Below are positions 7,899 to 16,931 of a stretch of DNA of 27,783 nucleotides, piece after piece (within the stretch, counting starts at the first letter, position 1; the number at the start of each line of letters is the position of its first letter). The position numbers were made by a program, and so were the translations under genes. Source of the stretch: a virus; IMG/VR virus record IMGVR_UViG_3300031867_000452, positions 1 to 27,783 of that record, one strand, 5' to 3'. The notes beneath the pieces are model-generated. The model saw only the letters and a list, made by a program, of their open reading frames with translations. It made no database searches and was not told the DNA's origin.

Positions 7899-8285
7899 TC
7901 ATCCTAATGTGTTTATTTCTTCTTCAAAGCCAATTTCGCTACCATCTACAAGCTGCAATATCAGGTTAATCCTGAGAGTGTCATGATCAACCTTTGTGAT
8001 TTCGTTAGTGATGATACTGTATACTCTAGGTTCCTCGAGCATACAGTTTTGTATGTACACGCTTAATTCATTTATCAACTCAGGTGTTGTCTTTTCACCG
8101 AGTATCTGGTGGACTTCGCTTCCGTAGTCGGAGTCAATGCTCGGATATGTGCCTAAGCGTGTCATCAACCTGTTATGTATTGCTTGTTCTGCATTGGCTA
8201 ATTCTGTTACGAGGCCGATATCTCCAGAGCTTGTTAATACGCCATGGCTATCGTAATCTGTTCCATAGATTTCAGTATCAACCAT
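7899..8285 (-). CDS. gp25/gpW-like baseplate wedge / sheath initiator
   Basis: AEQAIHNRLMTRLG.YPSIDSDYGSEV...EPRV pattern; precedes the J-like gene. Confidence 0.85.
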   Translation of the reverse strand: MVDTEIYGTDYDSHGVLTSSGDIGLVTELANAEQAIHNRLMTRLGTYPSIDSDYGSEVHQILGEKTTPELINELSVYIQNCMLEEPRVYSIITNEITKVDHDTLRINLILQLVDGSEIGFEEEINTLG

Positions 8286-8291
8286 AAGTTA

Positions 8292-9467
8292 TCACTTCTT
8301 AGTCTTTTTACTTGTTTTCACATTCACTATCTTTGTTCCATCAACTTCAGTTTTCATGTTCTGACTTACATCATATGTCTTACCTTTATATCTGTTGTAC
8401 ATATGGGACCGTTTGACTCCATCAAGGCCTTCGTATTCGGCTTTGATGATGTCTACTGTTTTACCTGCTCCCTTGCACATTATATAAAACAACCAGGATG
8501 CATCAACACAATTATAGGTCTTCTTACTCCAACACTTCTCAGCGGATTTCGCTCCGAACTCTGTTTCATTTTCAGAACTTACCTTATGGCCTATGTAATA
8601 CTTGTATTTGAAGCCTGCAGTTCCACCGGCTTCCTTGACTTTCAAGTATTTGTAAATCTTAGAGACGCTTCCGAGCTCCTGGCCTTTAAGCATTATCTTC
8701 TTGACTGCGGAGGATTGTTCTTTGATGCCTCCAATATGTGGGTTTATACTTGTTGGTTTTCCCTTGAATAGGTTCTTTTTGCTTCGATTAGTTACGATTT
8801 TCCCATTCTTGGTTGTGATGATATAATCACCATCGTAGGGTTCTCCCAGAACTTGACTGCCTTGAACAAGATCTAGACTTAATTTCTGGTTGTCAATGTC
8901 AAGGCTTGCAGACTCAACACTCAATGTCTTGTTGTTAATGTCTTTGAACCTTTTTCCATCATCAAAACTTCTGAAATCTAGGCTTAAAAGGTCATCTACA
9001 GTAATATCCAATGATGCAGGGACTTCAAGTTTTCCCTTGTATTCCTTCCCGGTATTAATCAGGCTCTTTGCTTTTTTCTTAGCTTCGGCCTTGGAAAGGT
9101 TGCATTTCTGTTTCTGTGTCTTGCTATCCGCCACCTTGACTTTCTTATTCTTTGATGCTGTTGCAGGAGTCAATTTTCCCCATGATTTACCAGCGTGTGT
9201 GTCTTGTCCGCTAACACAGCAGAAATCAGCATCACAACCTCCTCCATAGTGTGGAGGATGTCCGTTTCCACAAGTCAATTCGGCTTCAGGAGCTTTTTTA
9301 GGGTTGAATGTGAGAGTTCCGCTTCTCTTACAGAGTGGACAGTAGTTTTTCCAGGTTTTCTCATGTATCTTATAAGCATACCCTGGTTTCTTAGGATATG
9401 CTCTTGTTGTAATCGTTTTCTTATCTGCACTATAGGTTGCTTTCTGACCTTTCAATACTTTTGCCAT
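8292..9467 (-). CDS. Basic tail-tip protein: N-terminal Cys-rich domain plus C-terminal transglutaminase-like domain (391 aa)
   Basis: True start probably ATG 9467 (GGAGATGA SD; MAKVLKG); NYCPLC...TC...CDADFCC cluster; TYNCVDAS...SHMYN...TYD Cys-His-Asp arrangement. Confidence 0.6.
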   Translation of the reverse strand: MAKVLKGQKATYSADKKTITTRAYPKKPGYAYKIHEKTWKNYCPLCKRSGTLTFNPKKAPEAELTCGNGHPPHYGGGCDADFCCVSGQDTHAGKSWGKLTPATASKNKKVKVADSKTQKQKCNLSKAEAKKKAKSLINTGKEYKGKLEVPASLDITVDDLLSLDFRSFDDGKRFKDINNKTLSVESASLDIDNQKLSLDLVQGSQVLGEPYDGDYIITTKNGKIVTNRSKKNLFKGKPTSINPHIGGIKEQSSAVKKIMLKGQELGSVSKIYKYLKVKEAGGTAGFKYKYYIGHKVSSENETEFGAKSAEKCWSKKTYNCVDASWLFYIMCKGAGKTVDIIKAEYEGLDGVKRSHMYNRYKGKTYDVSQNMKTEVDGTKIVNVKTSKKTKK

Positions 9468-9483
9468 GATTAATTCATCTCCA

Positions 9484-10674
9484 TTAGCAGTTGAATCTGT
9501 TAGGGTCATAATGGTAGGCCCAGTGTGCACCACTGCAAGCATGACCTCCCCATCCTCTGCTTGTAACTGTATCGGTAGGGAACCATTTTCCATTCAGTTT
9601 TGTTTCAGGGAAGAAGTGTCCGTTTATATGGTTGCATCTTACGGTTAGGCCTACGCTTCCTGCAAGGCTCATGTAAAGGTGTGTTTGGTCTGCACAATTG
9701 CCTGTTCTTGCATTGAGTGTGCCTAATGCTCCTTTCTTTGTACAAGCATATCTTTTATATTGGATGTGGTTTCTCATCCAATTGAAGATTGCTCTTGCTT
9801 TTGCCTTTTCACCTTTTGTAGTGCCTACAATGGATTGTGCCTGCTTAACAATCTTGCTGTTTATGTTATACTTTTGAATGAAAGCAGCACCATCAGTATT
9901 AGTGTTCGCAGTATCTGTTGAACTTGTTTTTGTTTGAGTTATGTTCTCGGTACAATCAAAAGGGTCTCCTTCAATGTAACCCCATGTGGCTATCATATCC
10001 TTTGAGGCAGTAGCGGATGATTTAGTTGCTCCACTATATAACACCCTTCCTACTGTTACAACATCATCCGTACTGTACTCATCATCATAGTCGATGATCA
10101 TGTTGGTTCCATCACCGGTTGTGCTGAACTTGTAGCCTTGCTCCTGGTTGATGTTCTTTCCAAAATGCAAGACCCCATCTATATCAACATAACACTCAAC
10201 AGGGTTTCCGGCTTTCCATTCCAGGTACTGCAATTGCCTTGCGATTTCCCATAGGCTTTTCTTCTCCCACTTCAAATAAGAATGCTTGTTAGTGGTCTTG
10301 GTTAAACCAGCAATACTCAGATTATTTGGATCCTTCTTTATGAGTTTTTTAAGGATGTTGTAGCTTGTGTTGTCATTGTAGGCTACGCTTCCTATTTTGC
10401 TTAGGTAGAGTCTTAGGTAGCTTACACAATCATACTCGTACAAGCCTGTGATTGTTTCATGGGTCTTGTATATTTGGCCTCCGAATCCGTATTGTTTGCC
10501 TCTTGGATCTTCGTATCTTATTCTTGTTCCATGTGGCAGGGATTGGTTTGTCTTGAAGCTGAATGTGTTTGCTTCATTGGACTTGTAATCAAGTTTTCCA
10601 TCAGCGAAAGGGATTGTGTGGAAGCTTGTCTCTGCAAGTTTCGGAGTGTCTGATGCGTATAATTTGCCAACCAT
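9484..10674 (-). CDS. Baseplate hub-like protein fused to a transglutaminase-like (pseudomurein isopeptidase-type) domain
   Basis: Hub position after the tube initiator; C-terminal ARAIFNWMRNHIQY...GNCADQT...NGHFF...WFPTD Cys-His-Asp triad. Confidence 0.75.
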   Translation of the reverse strand: MVGKLYASDTPKLAETSFHTIPFADGKLDYKSNEANTFSFKTNQSLPHGTRIRYEDPRGKQYGFGGQIYKTHETITGLYEYDCVSYLRLYLSKIGSVAYNDNTSYNILKKLIKKDPNNLSIAGLTKTTNKHSYLKWEKKSLWEIARQLQYLEWKAGNPVECYVDIDGVLHFGKNINQEQGYKFSTTGDGTNMIIDYDDEYSTDDVVTVGRVLYSGATKSSATASKDMIATWGYIEGDPFDCTENITQTKTSSTDTANTNTDGAAFIQKYNINSKIVKQAQSIVGTTKGEKAKARAIFNWMRNHIQYKRYACTKKGALGTLNARTGNCADQTHLYMSLAGSVGLTVRCNHINGHFFPETKLNGKWFPTDTVTSRGWGGHACSGAHWAYHYDPNRFNC

Positions 10675-10680
10675 GGTACA

Positions 10681-11433
10681 TCACTTCTTGCTTTTTTTCT
10701 TTTTACTGGTGATGTTGTATTTCTTTCGCCAGTAGTCTCTTGTTACCTTGTCCCATTGCCCCTGATTGGATTTGGTTACTTTTATCTTATAGGCTTTCTG
10801 CAGCTTATTGACTTCCTGCTTAGTATATTTAAGATAATCTCCGTCAATCTTGTAACCTTTGTAGTATCCTTTCTTTTGAAGGAACTTCTGCAAGTATTTG
10901 ACACATTTCTTACCGGTCTGCCCGTATTTGAGTGTTCCGCAATCTGTCAGCAAGCTTGTTATGTAAGTAGCGGTTTTCTTTTTACTAGTCTTCTTAGAGG
11001 ATGAGGATTTTTTCTTGCTTTTTTTCTTTGTAGCGGATTTGCCTATTCTTTTGAATGTGGTTTCCACGATATTCGGTTTGACATACTCTGTGAACTCCCA
11101 TTCGACCTTATAGGAACCGTTGAGTTGTTTTTCCTCTTTGTAGTTTGTAAGGTAATAGTTGCCGTTGACGTTCATGTCATCGGCTCCTATCAGCACACCA
11201 TATCGGTTAGTGTAACCGGTTTCAAGTTTCCGGTACTCTGCCAGGAGGCTGGTATCATTAGGCTCTACAATACTGTTGAATGTGATGACTCTTCCATCGC
11301 TTGATATATACTCAATACTGTTACTGCTAGGGTTCCCAACAAAGGTATTGTTAGAATAATTCCTTTCCTTGTTTTTATGAATAGGTTCAAGAATGTGTCT
11401 TATTTCCACACCTGCGAATTTAATCTCGGCCAT
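10681..11433 (-). CDS. Tail tube initiator-like protein with C-terminal PG_binding_1-type domain
   Basis: Position directly after the tape measure; LKYGQTG..VKYLQKFLQKKGYY...IDGDY...T...V..LQ...G motif; Lys/Ser linker. Confidence 0.7.
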   Translation of the reverse strand: MAEIKFAGVEIRHILEPIHKNKERNYSNNTFVGNPSSNSIEYISSDGRVITFNSIVEPNDTSLLAEYRKLETGYTNRYGVLIGADDMNVNGNYYLTNYKEEKQLNGSYKVEWEFTEYVKPNIVETTFKRIGKSATKKKSKKKSSSSKKTSKKKTATYITSLLTDCGTLKYGQTGKKCVKYLQKFLQKKGYYKGYKIDGDYLKYTKQEVNKLQKAYKIKVTKSNQGQWDKVTRDYWRKKYNITSKKKKSKK

Positions 11434-11434
11434 A

Positions 11435-13633
11435 TTATATTCCTCTCACTACTCTCTGTTTATACAGTTCATCATTCAACTTTCTTACAATGAAGTCACC
11501 AGCACTTTCTTCAATTATGCCATTCAACTGAATGTTAGTAGTTCCGCCAGTAGTATTGCTGATATTTGTCATCAGGCTGCTATTCGCATGGCCTAAACTG
11601 CTAACATCTCCAGAGACTATTCCCGCACTGCCTAAGACAACACCGGCACTTCCAGGAATAATGCCTGAGCTTCCGGCAACACTATTAAGCATATCCCATG
11701 CTCGCTTGATATTATCAATAATAGGTTTAATCTGATTATACGCATTAGTAAAAGGCCCTGTAATCTTACTTGTGACCCCGCTTATCGCAGAACCGATTTG
11801 TCCAGGAAGACTGCGGACCTTGCTCACGATACCACTTACCATATTGGTTACTCCGCTTATTGCTCGCGCTCTCCACATAGCCACTTGTGTTATGATAGTT
11901 GTTAAAACTCGGCTGAATGCGGAGAATATTAGGCTTACCATCTGCTGACCGAAACTAGCAAGGAAACCGATTATTGCACCTACAACTTGTAGTATGGTCT
12001 GTTGTATGAGGCCCCAAATCACCACCAATGCCTCCTGCAAACTCATATTACCATTAATCACGCTAGTGATAATGGATATGATAAGGCTCATGCGTTGAAA
12101 CCATGCCTGAATAATCGGAATTATCGCAGTCACAACAGCCGCCGCAATACTCATAACAGTATCAAAAAACTGTTGCAAGTAAGGCATAACCGCGGACATG
12201 ATCGCCTGACCCAGTCTCATTAATGTGCCAAGGAATCCTTGAACACTCTCCATTAATGAATCAATGCCGGCCCGTACTTGCTCATTGTTATTATACAAGT
12301 ACCAGAGGATTGCGACTAATGCGATAATTGCAGCAGCTACTAATAGTAATGGGAGCAGTAAGCTGTTTTCTGCAATGGCCAAACCGGTGGTAGGTCCTGT
12401 AGCAGCAGTCGCTCCCGCAGCTTCCGCTTCAAGGCTAGCAGTATACACTGCATTGATACCTGCGCTTAGGGATTCTGCTTCACGTACCATTGTGATGGCT
12501 TCTTTGAAACCAAGGAATCCCTGTGCTAATCCTTTAACAATTTGAGGGCCTTTTGTAAGTACGTCAATCCCAGTACCTATTGCTTTAAATCCTGTCCCTA
12601 CTGCAGGAAGTATTGCACCTAACGCTCCTGCACCCGCGACTATGGCCGCAAATGCTCCTCCCACTACAACTAATGCTTTGGAAAGGTTTCCTCCAAGAGC
12701 ACCATCAAGTTCAAGGAATTTATCAAGTAGTCCCTGTACGGCGGGCAGGAATGCCTGACCAACACTTGTTAATGCATTCTGCATTGTGCCCTTGAATGTC
12801 TCCATACTATTTTCTGCAGAGGCCATTCCACTGGCTCCAGAGTAACCAAGTTCATTAAGAGCATGATTAAGAGCATCCACTCTCTCTGTTACAGTGTCCG
12901 CTCCTTCGAGCTCATCCATATAAGCAGCTAATGGAGTGTCTTTCATCCTTCCTGTTTCACCAGTCATCAGGTAGTTACGGATTTCACCTTGTGCCTCAAA
13001 AGTACTGCTTCCACTTGCTTTACTCATAGTCTGGTAATCAGCTATTGAAGCAGCCATTGCATCAAGGTCTTTCTTTGTCATCTTGGCTTTCAAGGAAGCA
13101 TTAGACAACATGCTGGTTAGGAATGCATCATCTCCGGGAGTCTTTGTAACGGCGGAACTAATCGCATTGCTGATATCTTCCGCGGCTCCAGTACCATATT
13201 TTCTAGCAAGGAGCAGTTGGTTTGTCTGTTTCTCAGTAGCTCCTTCCCATGCGCTTGTAGCCATTTCCGCAAGTCCAAGTCCTGCCATGAGACTACCTAA
13301 ACCGCTTGACAGGTTTTCAAATTTGCCTCCTAAGGTATCGCATTTGCTTCCTATGCCATCGAATACGCTGCTTGCTTTGGAACCGAAGTCTCCTATTCCT
13401 TGTGTGATTCCTCCAGTATCTACATCCATCTTGACTGGTTGGCTTGCGATTTCCTGGACTTCGACTATACTGTTTAGGAGGGCTTCGATTTCACCAGTAT
13501 CTGCACCAGGTTTTATAGTGACTTTGCCTGTTTCTTCTTCAATGTCAACTATTTGTTCTAGTTTTTCAAGGAGAGCATCCAATGCTTTAGTGTCGGCTAC
13601 TGTGCGTAATTTTATTTGTTTTTCAAAGGTTAT
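11435..13633 (-). CDS. Tape measure protein (about 732 aa)
   Basis: Long Ala/Gly-rich helical protein with hydrophobic stretches after the chaperone genes; frame open to ATA at 13633 with AGGAGG 7 nt upstream (track start TTG 13582). Confidence 0.88.
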   Translation of the reverse strand: MTFEKQIKLRTVADTKALDALLEKLEQIVDIEEETGKVTIKPGADTGEIEALLNSIVEVQEIASQPVKMDVDTGGITQGIGDFGSKASSVFDGIGSKCDTLGGKFENLSSGLGSLMAGLGLAEMATSAWEGATEKQTNQLLLARKYGTGAAEDISNAISSAVTKTPGDDAFLTSMLSNASLKAKMTKKDLDAMAASIADYQTMSKASGSSTFEAQGEIRNYLMTGETGRMKDTPLAAYMDELEGADTVTERVDALNHALNELGYSGASGMASAENSMETFKGTMQNALTSVGQAFLPAVQGLLDKFLELDGALGGNLSKALVVVGGAFAAIVAGAGALGAILPAVGTGFKAIGTGIDVLTKGPQIVKGLAQGFLGFKEAITMVREAESLSAGINAVYTASLEAEAAGATAATGPTTGLAIAENSLLLPLLLVAAAIIALVAILWYLYNNNEQVRAGIDSLMESVQGFLGTLMRLGQAIMSAVMPYLQQFFDTVMSIAAAVVTAIIPIIQAWFQRMSLIISIITSVINGNMSLQEALVVIWGLIQQTILQVVGAIIGFLASFGQQMVSLIFSAFSRVLTTIITQVAMWRARAISGVTNMVSGIVSKVRSLPGQIGSAISGVTSKITGPFTNAYNQIKPIIDNIKRAWDMLNSVAGSSGIIPGSAGVVLGSAGIVSGDVSSLGHANSSLMTNISNTTGGTTNIQLNGIIEESAGDFIVRKLNDELYKQRVVRGI

Positions 13634-13664
13634 TCTTTCGCCTCCTTAAATTATTCCTTTTTTT

Positions 13665-13856
13665 TTAGTATGTTAAGAATGAGTTCTTATTTGAGCGGAA
13701 TCTTACGATTTCATTTGTAAGAACTGTGAATGCTAATTGCTGGTAAGGGGTTAGGCGGTTCCAATCATCCAAGGATAATTGTATGATTCCCATATCGAAC
13801 ATTCTTGTGATGTGGCAAAGTTTGCCAGTCTTGTAATTAAGATGTTTCTTCAAGAA
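13665..13856 (-). CDS. Tail assembly chaperone C-terminal extension (gpT-like), probably expressed by +1 frameshift
   Basis: Open in the +1 frame across the end of the chaperone; no convincing SD and start; lies between chaperone and tape measure. Confidence 0.6.
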   Translation of the reverse strand, partial: FLKKHLNYKTGKLCHITRMFDMGIIQLSLDDWNRLTPYQQLAFTVLTNEIVRFRSNKNSFLTY

Positions 13857-14220
13857 ACTGCTCTGCTTCCTCCAAGTTGTTATCATCAGTATTTATTCCG
13901 CTTACTTCGTACACGCATTTTGCAATCTCTGTACTGAATCCTGCAGGCATGACATTCATTAATATTTCAATTTTTTCTTCAGGGTAATTGGATCCATCTT
14001 CGTGGACTAAACACTTTGCAATGATTTCTTCATTGAGTTTCATAGTGTCTTTTTTACCGTACCTTGTGTATAACTGCATGAATTCCCTTTGTGATATCGG
14101 CTTGGCAAAGAACTCGTACTCCTCATCTTCATAGGTGATTGTGAAACGTTTGTAAAAATCGTTGTTTAATATTCTTTGTTCAGTTTCCGCTAATAACACT
14201 TCTAAACTTTTATTTGCCAT
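13837..14220 (-). CDS. Tail assembly chaperone (gpG-like)
   Basis: Acidic protein of about 127 aa between tube and tape measure; FFAKPISQREF pattern; ATG at 14220. Confidence 0.75.
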   Translation of the reverse strand: MANKSLEVLLAETEQRILNNDFYKRFTITYEDEEYEFFAKPISQREFMQLYTRYGKKDTMKLNEEIIAKCLVHEDGSNYPEEKIEILMNVMPAGFSTEIAKCVYEVSGINTDDNNLEEAEQFLEETS

Positions 14221-14248
14221 ATCTATCAAAACCTAACTGTTGTTTGTT

Positions 14249-14288
14249 AAAAAAAAAATAAAAAATAGAAAAAAAGGAGACTAAAAAG
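14249..14288 (-). terminator. Oligo-T archaeal terminator after the sheath-tube genes
   Basis: Several consecutive T-runs on the minus strand just after the tube stop codon. Confidence 0.6.
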
Positions 14289-14293
14289 AGTGT

Positions 14294-14698
14294 TTAGTCC
14301 CTTCTTGCATCTTCATCTAAGTCTTCTGCAGTGAACTTGATAGTTTCAGTTGTCAAACTATCCACACTCAAATCCTTGCTGTAACTGTCAATCAAGCAAC
14401 GGAGGAAGATTTGAGTAATAGTGTAAGTTGTGCCGTCATTGCCTCTGACTGTCTCCTTTACAGTGATTTCCTTCTTGTTGGCTTTCATATCCTTGAGGAT
14501 GTTGCGAAGTTCAAGGTAGGACTCCACATTAGGAGCAATAAGCTTCTCAATCTCTACACTGTATGAGGTTTTTGCCATTCCTGAAACAACTGGTCCATCA
14601 AAGGTGTCTTCAGTGCTTAAACTGGTATTGTCTTCAATCTTTACAGAAGTTCCTCTACCGACGGTCACACCGTCAATGATAATTATCTTATCTGCCAT
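14294..14698 (-). CDS. Tail tube protein
   Basis: 134-aa beta-rich protein directly after the sheath; GGAG SD. Confidence 0.75.
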   Translation of the reverse strand: MADKIIIIDGVTVGRGTSVKIEDNTSLSTEDTFDGPVVSGMAKTSYSVEIEKLIAPNVESYLELRNILKDMKANKKEITVKETVRGNDGTTYTITQIFLRCLIDSYSKDLSVDSLTTETIKFTAEDLDEDARRD

Positions 14699-14712
14699 AC
14701 TTTTTCAACTCC

Positions 14713-15789
14713 TTATTGTACATCATAAGTCACATTAGCGTTAATGCAAGTGACTACTCCATCAAAGACTATTTCCTCAATATTGACTCTCACACAATCA
14801 CGGTCAACTTTCTCAACACTGTAAACAATATCATTAACAAGGCCTTGGATGTCTACAACATCATGTTTAATCCTTGCAAGTCTTTGTTCAATAGCATCAA
14901 GGGTGATTTGATTGTTTCTCTCTCCCAGGTAATCCTCAAGGTTGAAAAGGTTAATGATGTAATTGATTGTTCTTTCCATGTACAAGTCCAAGTGTAATGC
15001 TGTTCCATCAGTTGCAGTTACGGTATGTGGTAATCTGCTGTTGACTATTACAAATTTCTTTTCTGCACGGTTCAAACATTTAGCTACAGGGTAACCTGCT
15101 TCAACAATTTTGTAACCTAAATCGTTTTCTGCGAAAGTCAGTTCAGGAGTTACTGCTTCAACACCTTCAAGGGTCTTCATGGTGAAGCTAATATCCACTT
15201 TTCTTTTCGCAACAAGTCCGCAGTAATATGCAGCGCTTTGAGCTACAGATAATACGGTATCGTTTACGGTGAATTGCTGATGTATTAATCCGAAAGTTCC
15301 ACCCTCCTCGAAGATTGCAGCGGTAGTAACATAATCGGCTGCTGCAGTACGAGTGATTGGTGCGATAAGAGCTACAGGATGGGAAGATTCAAATCTGTCA
15401 TCAATGTAAGCTTTTACAGCTGTAATGTTTGAATCAGTCAGGTCATATGGTATGAATAAAATATCATAATTTTCTTCAAGGGTAGTTGCAGCGGCAACTA
15501 TCTCTGCACCGGTAGGGCTTCCTGCAGTAGAAGGAGCAATGTCTTTAATGATTACATCTGTTGCGCCTCCACGGAAGAGACTGTCGAGGATTTGGTCTCC
15601 TGCAGGACTGCTTGTAGTTATTGGTGTGTTAACAGCTTCCCTGATTGCTTCAGCATAACTGCTTACACTGATAGGAGCAGTTAAGGTTTTACTGAATTCG
15701 GCCACTACTGCAACTTTACCTGCTAACCCTGCTGCACCTTTAGGGACATTGTCCACTTGAGTAACGGTTATTTTTGGTATGATTGCCAT
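14713..15789 (-). CDS. Contractile tail sheath protein (compact, 358 aa)
   Basis: N-terminal PKITVTQVD, FRGGATDV, C-terminal ERTINYI...YLGERNN..TLDAIEQ pattern; presence of J- and gp25-like genes. Confidence 0.8.
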   Translation of the reverse strand: MAIIPKITVTQVDNVPKGAAGLAGKVAVVAEFSKTLTAPISVSSYAEAIREAVNTPITTSSPAGDQILDSLFRGGATDVIIKDIAPSTAGSPTGAEIVAAATTLEENYDILFIPYDLTDSNITAVKAYIDDRFESSHPVALIAPITRTAAADYVTTAAIFEEGGTFGLIHQQFTVNDTVLSVAQSAAYYCGLVAKRKVDISFTMKTLEGVEAVTPELTFAENDLGYKIVEAGYPVAKCLNRAEKKFVIVNSRLPHTVTATDGTALHLDLYMERTINYIINLFNLEDYLGERNNQITLDAIEQRLARIKHDVVDIQGLVNDIVYSVEKVDRDCVRVNIEEIVFDGVVTCINANVTYDVQ

Positions 15790-15794
15790 AATTG

Positions 15795-15962
15795 TTATTC
15801 TCCTAAGTAATTTTGTAATAATTTTTCTGTTTGTTCCAAGGTTTTTGGATCATCATCCAAGCTTGCCAGGAAACCTATCTTCAGGTATTTGTTCAGGTCA
15901 AGGTTTTCCATGTATTCCTGGAAGTTGAATTTCGCCTTGGGTTCTTTCTTTTCTTTTGCCAT
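15795..15962 (-). CDS. Small hypothetical protein (55 aa)
   Basis: GAGGGA SD before ATG 15962. Confidence 0.6.
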   Translation of the reverse strand: MAKEKKEPKAKFNFQEYMENLDLNKYLKIGFLASLDDDPKTLEQTEKLLQNYLGE

Positions 15963-15973
15963 AATCTTATCCC

Positions 15974-16453
15974 TCATTTTATGTTTATATCTTCAATGCT
16001 TGTTCCGCAATAATTGCTGATTTCCTCAGCATCTAGCAGGCCGTACTCTTCCTCTTCATCAACATAAACCAGTAATGTAATCCCTTTAAGGGTGTATGTG
16101 CTTCCGTAATCGAAGGTTTGATTACCGAAGCTGATATTCCTGCTTCTTAACTCTGGGTTATTCTTTAATTCTTGTTTTATGTTCTGGATGAATGTGCGTA
16201 GTATCCTGCTTCCTTTTATATAGTCGGTTTGTTTGGTTTTTACATAGATGGAAACTAAGGTATTGTAGATTTGCCCGTCGAATAATTCGGTTTTCGGTGA
16301 AAGGCTTACATTTGCTATGTAGATTGTATTGTCCTCTTCTGCAGGAACACTACGGTCAATGAATTTAACATTGCATAATTGAAGTATCTCATTATCTGTA
16401 TTCCTAAGAATATCATAGATAAGGAAATCAGTAGTATACACAGTATCTGTCAT
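15974..16453 (-). CDS. Tail terminator / completion protein (probable)
   Basis: Gene order between neck genes and sheath; GGAGTGA SD. Confidence 0.5.
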   Translation of the reverse strand: MTDTVYTTDFLIYDILRNTDNEILQLCNVKFIDRSVPAEEDNTIYIANVSLSPKTELFDGQIYNTLVSIYVKTKQTDYIKGSRILRTFIQNIKQELKNNPELRSRNISFGNQTFDYGSTYTLKGITLLVYVDEEEEYGLLDAEEISNYCGTSIEDINIK

Positions 16454-16457
16454 ATTA

Positions 16458-16928
16458 TCACTCCATTATCCGATTCAGTATTTCATCAATATAGGTGTCT
16501 ACAGTCTTGTCTACACGGTCTATGCTGTCTTGTATGAAAGGGTCGCCAACATATTTCTTGCTACCATACTCTATGGTGATAGGGTATGGGAAATCGTTTT
16601 TAGGGTTATGTGCGCCTGTTCCTACAACAGCATAATTTTTGCCTTCCTCCCATATCTGGGTACTGTTAGCCATATTCCCTGTTACACGGTGATTGCTCCC
16701 TATGTAATCCTTTTGTTCTTCTACAAGTTCCTTTGATAATGCGAGTGACAAATCCTTTTCGGCTTGTCTGAATTCACCTTTCTTGTTATTTAACTCTTTG
16801 ATGATGTCATCGAAAAGGCTACCTGTAGGGTCAGATTCGAAAGCACTTATTATTTCATCTAACCCGGAAGTGTCTATTTCCACACTAACACGAGTACCCA
16901 TTTCAGGGATATATCTACCGATTGGCAA
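16458..16928 (-). CDS. HK97 gp10-like neck / tail-completion protein
   Basis: VTGNMANS...YPITIEYGS...PFIQDS pattern; TTG start. Confidence 0.7.
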   Translation of the reverse strand: MPIGRYIPEMGTRVSVEIDTSGLDEIISAFESDPTGSLFDDIIKELNNKKGEFRQAEKDLSLALSKELVEEQKDYIGSNHRVTGNMANSTQIWEEGKNYAVVGTGAHNPKNDFPYPITIEYGSKKYVGDPFIQDSIDRVDKTVDTYIDEILNRIME

Positions 16929-16931
16929 ATC

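Noticed and set aside
9468-9593. N-terminal extensions given by the track (also 319-429, 26329-26442, 27386-27436, 27621-27650)
   Set aside because: They overlap upstream genes, and a downstream start with a clear SD or a coupled small ORF explains the region better.
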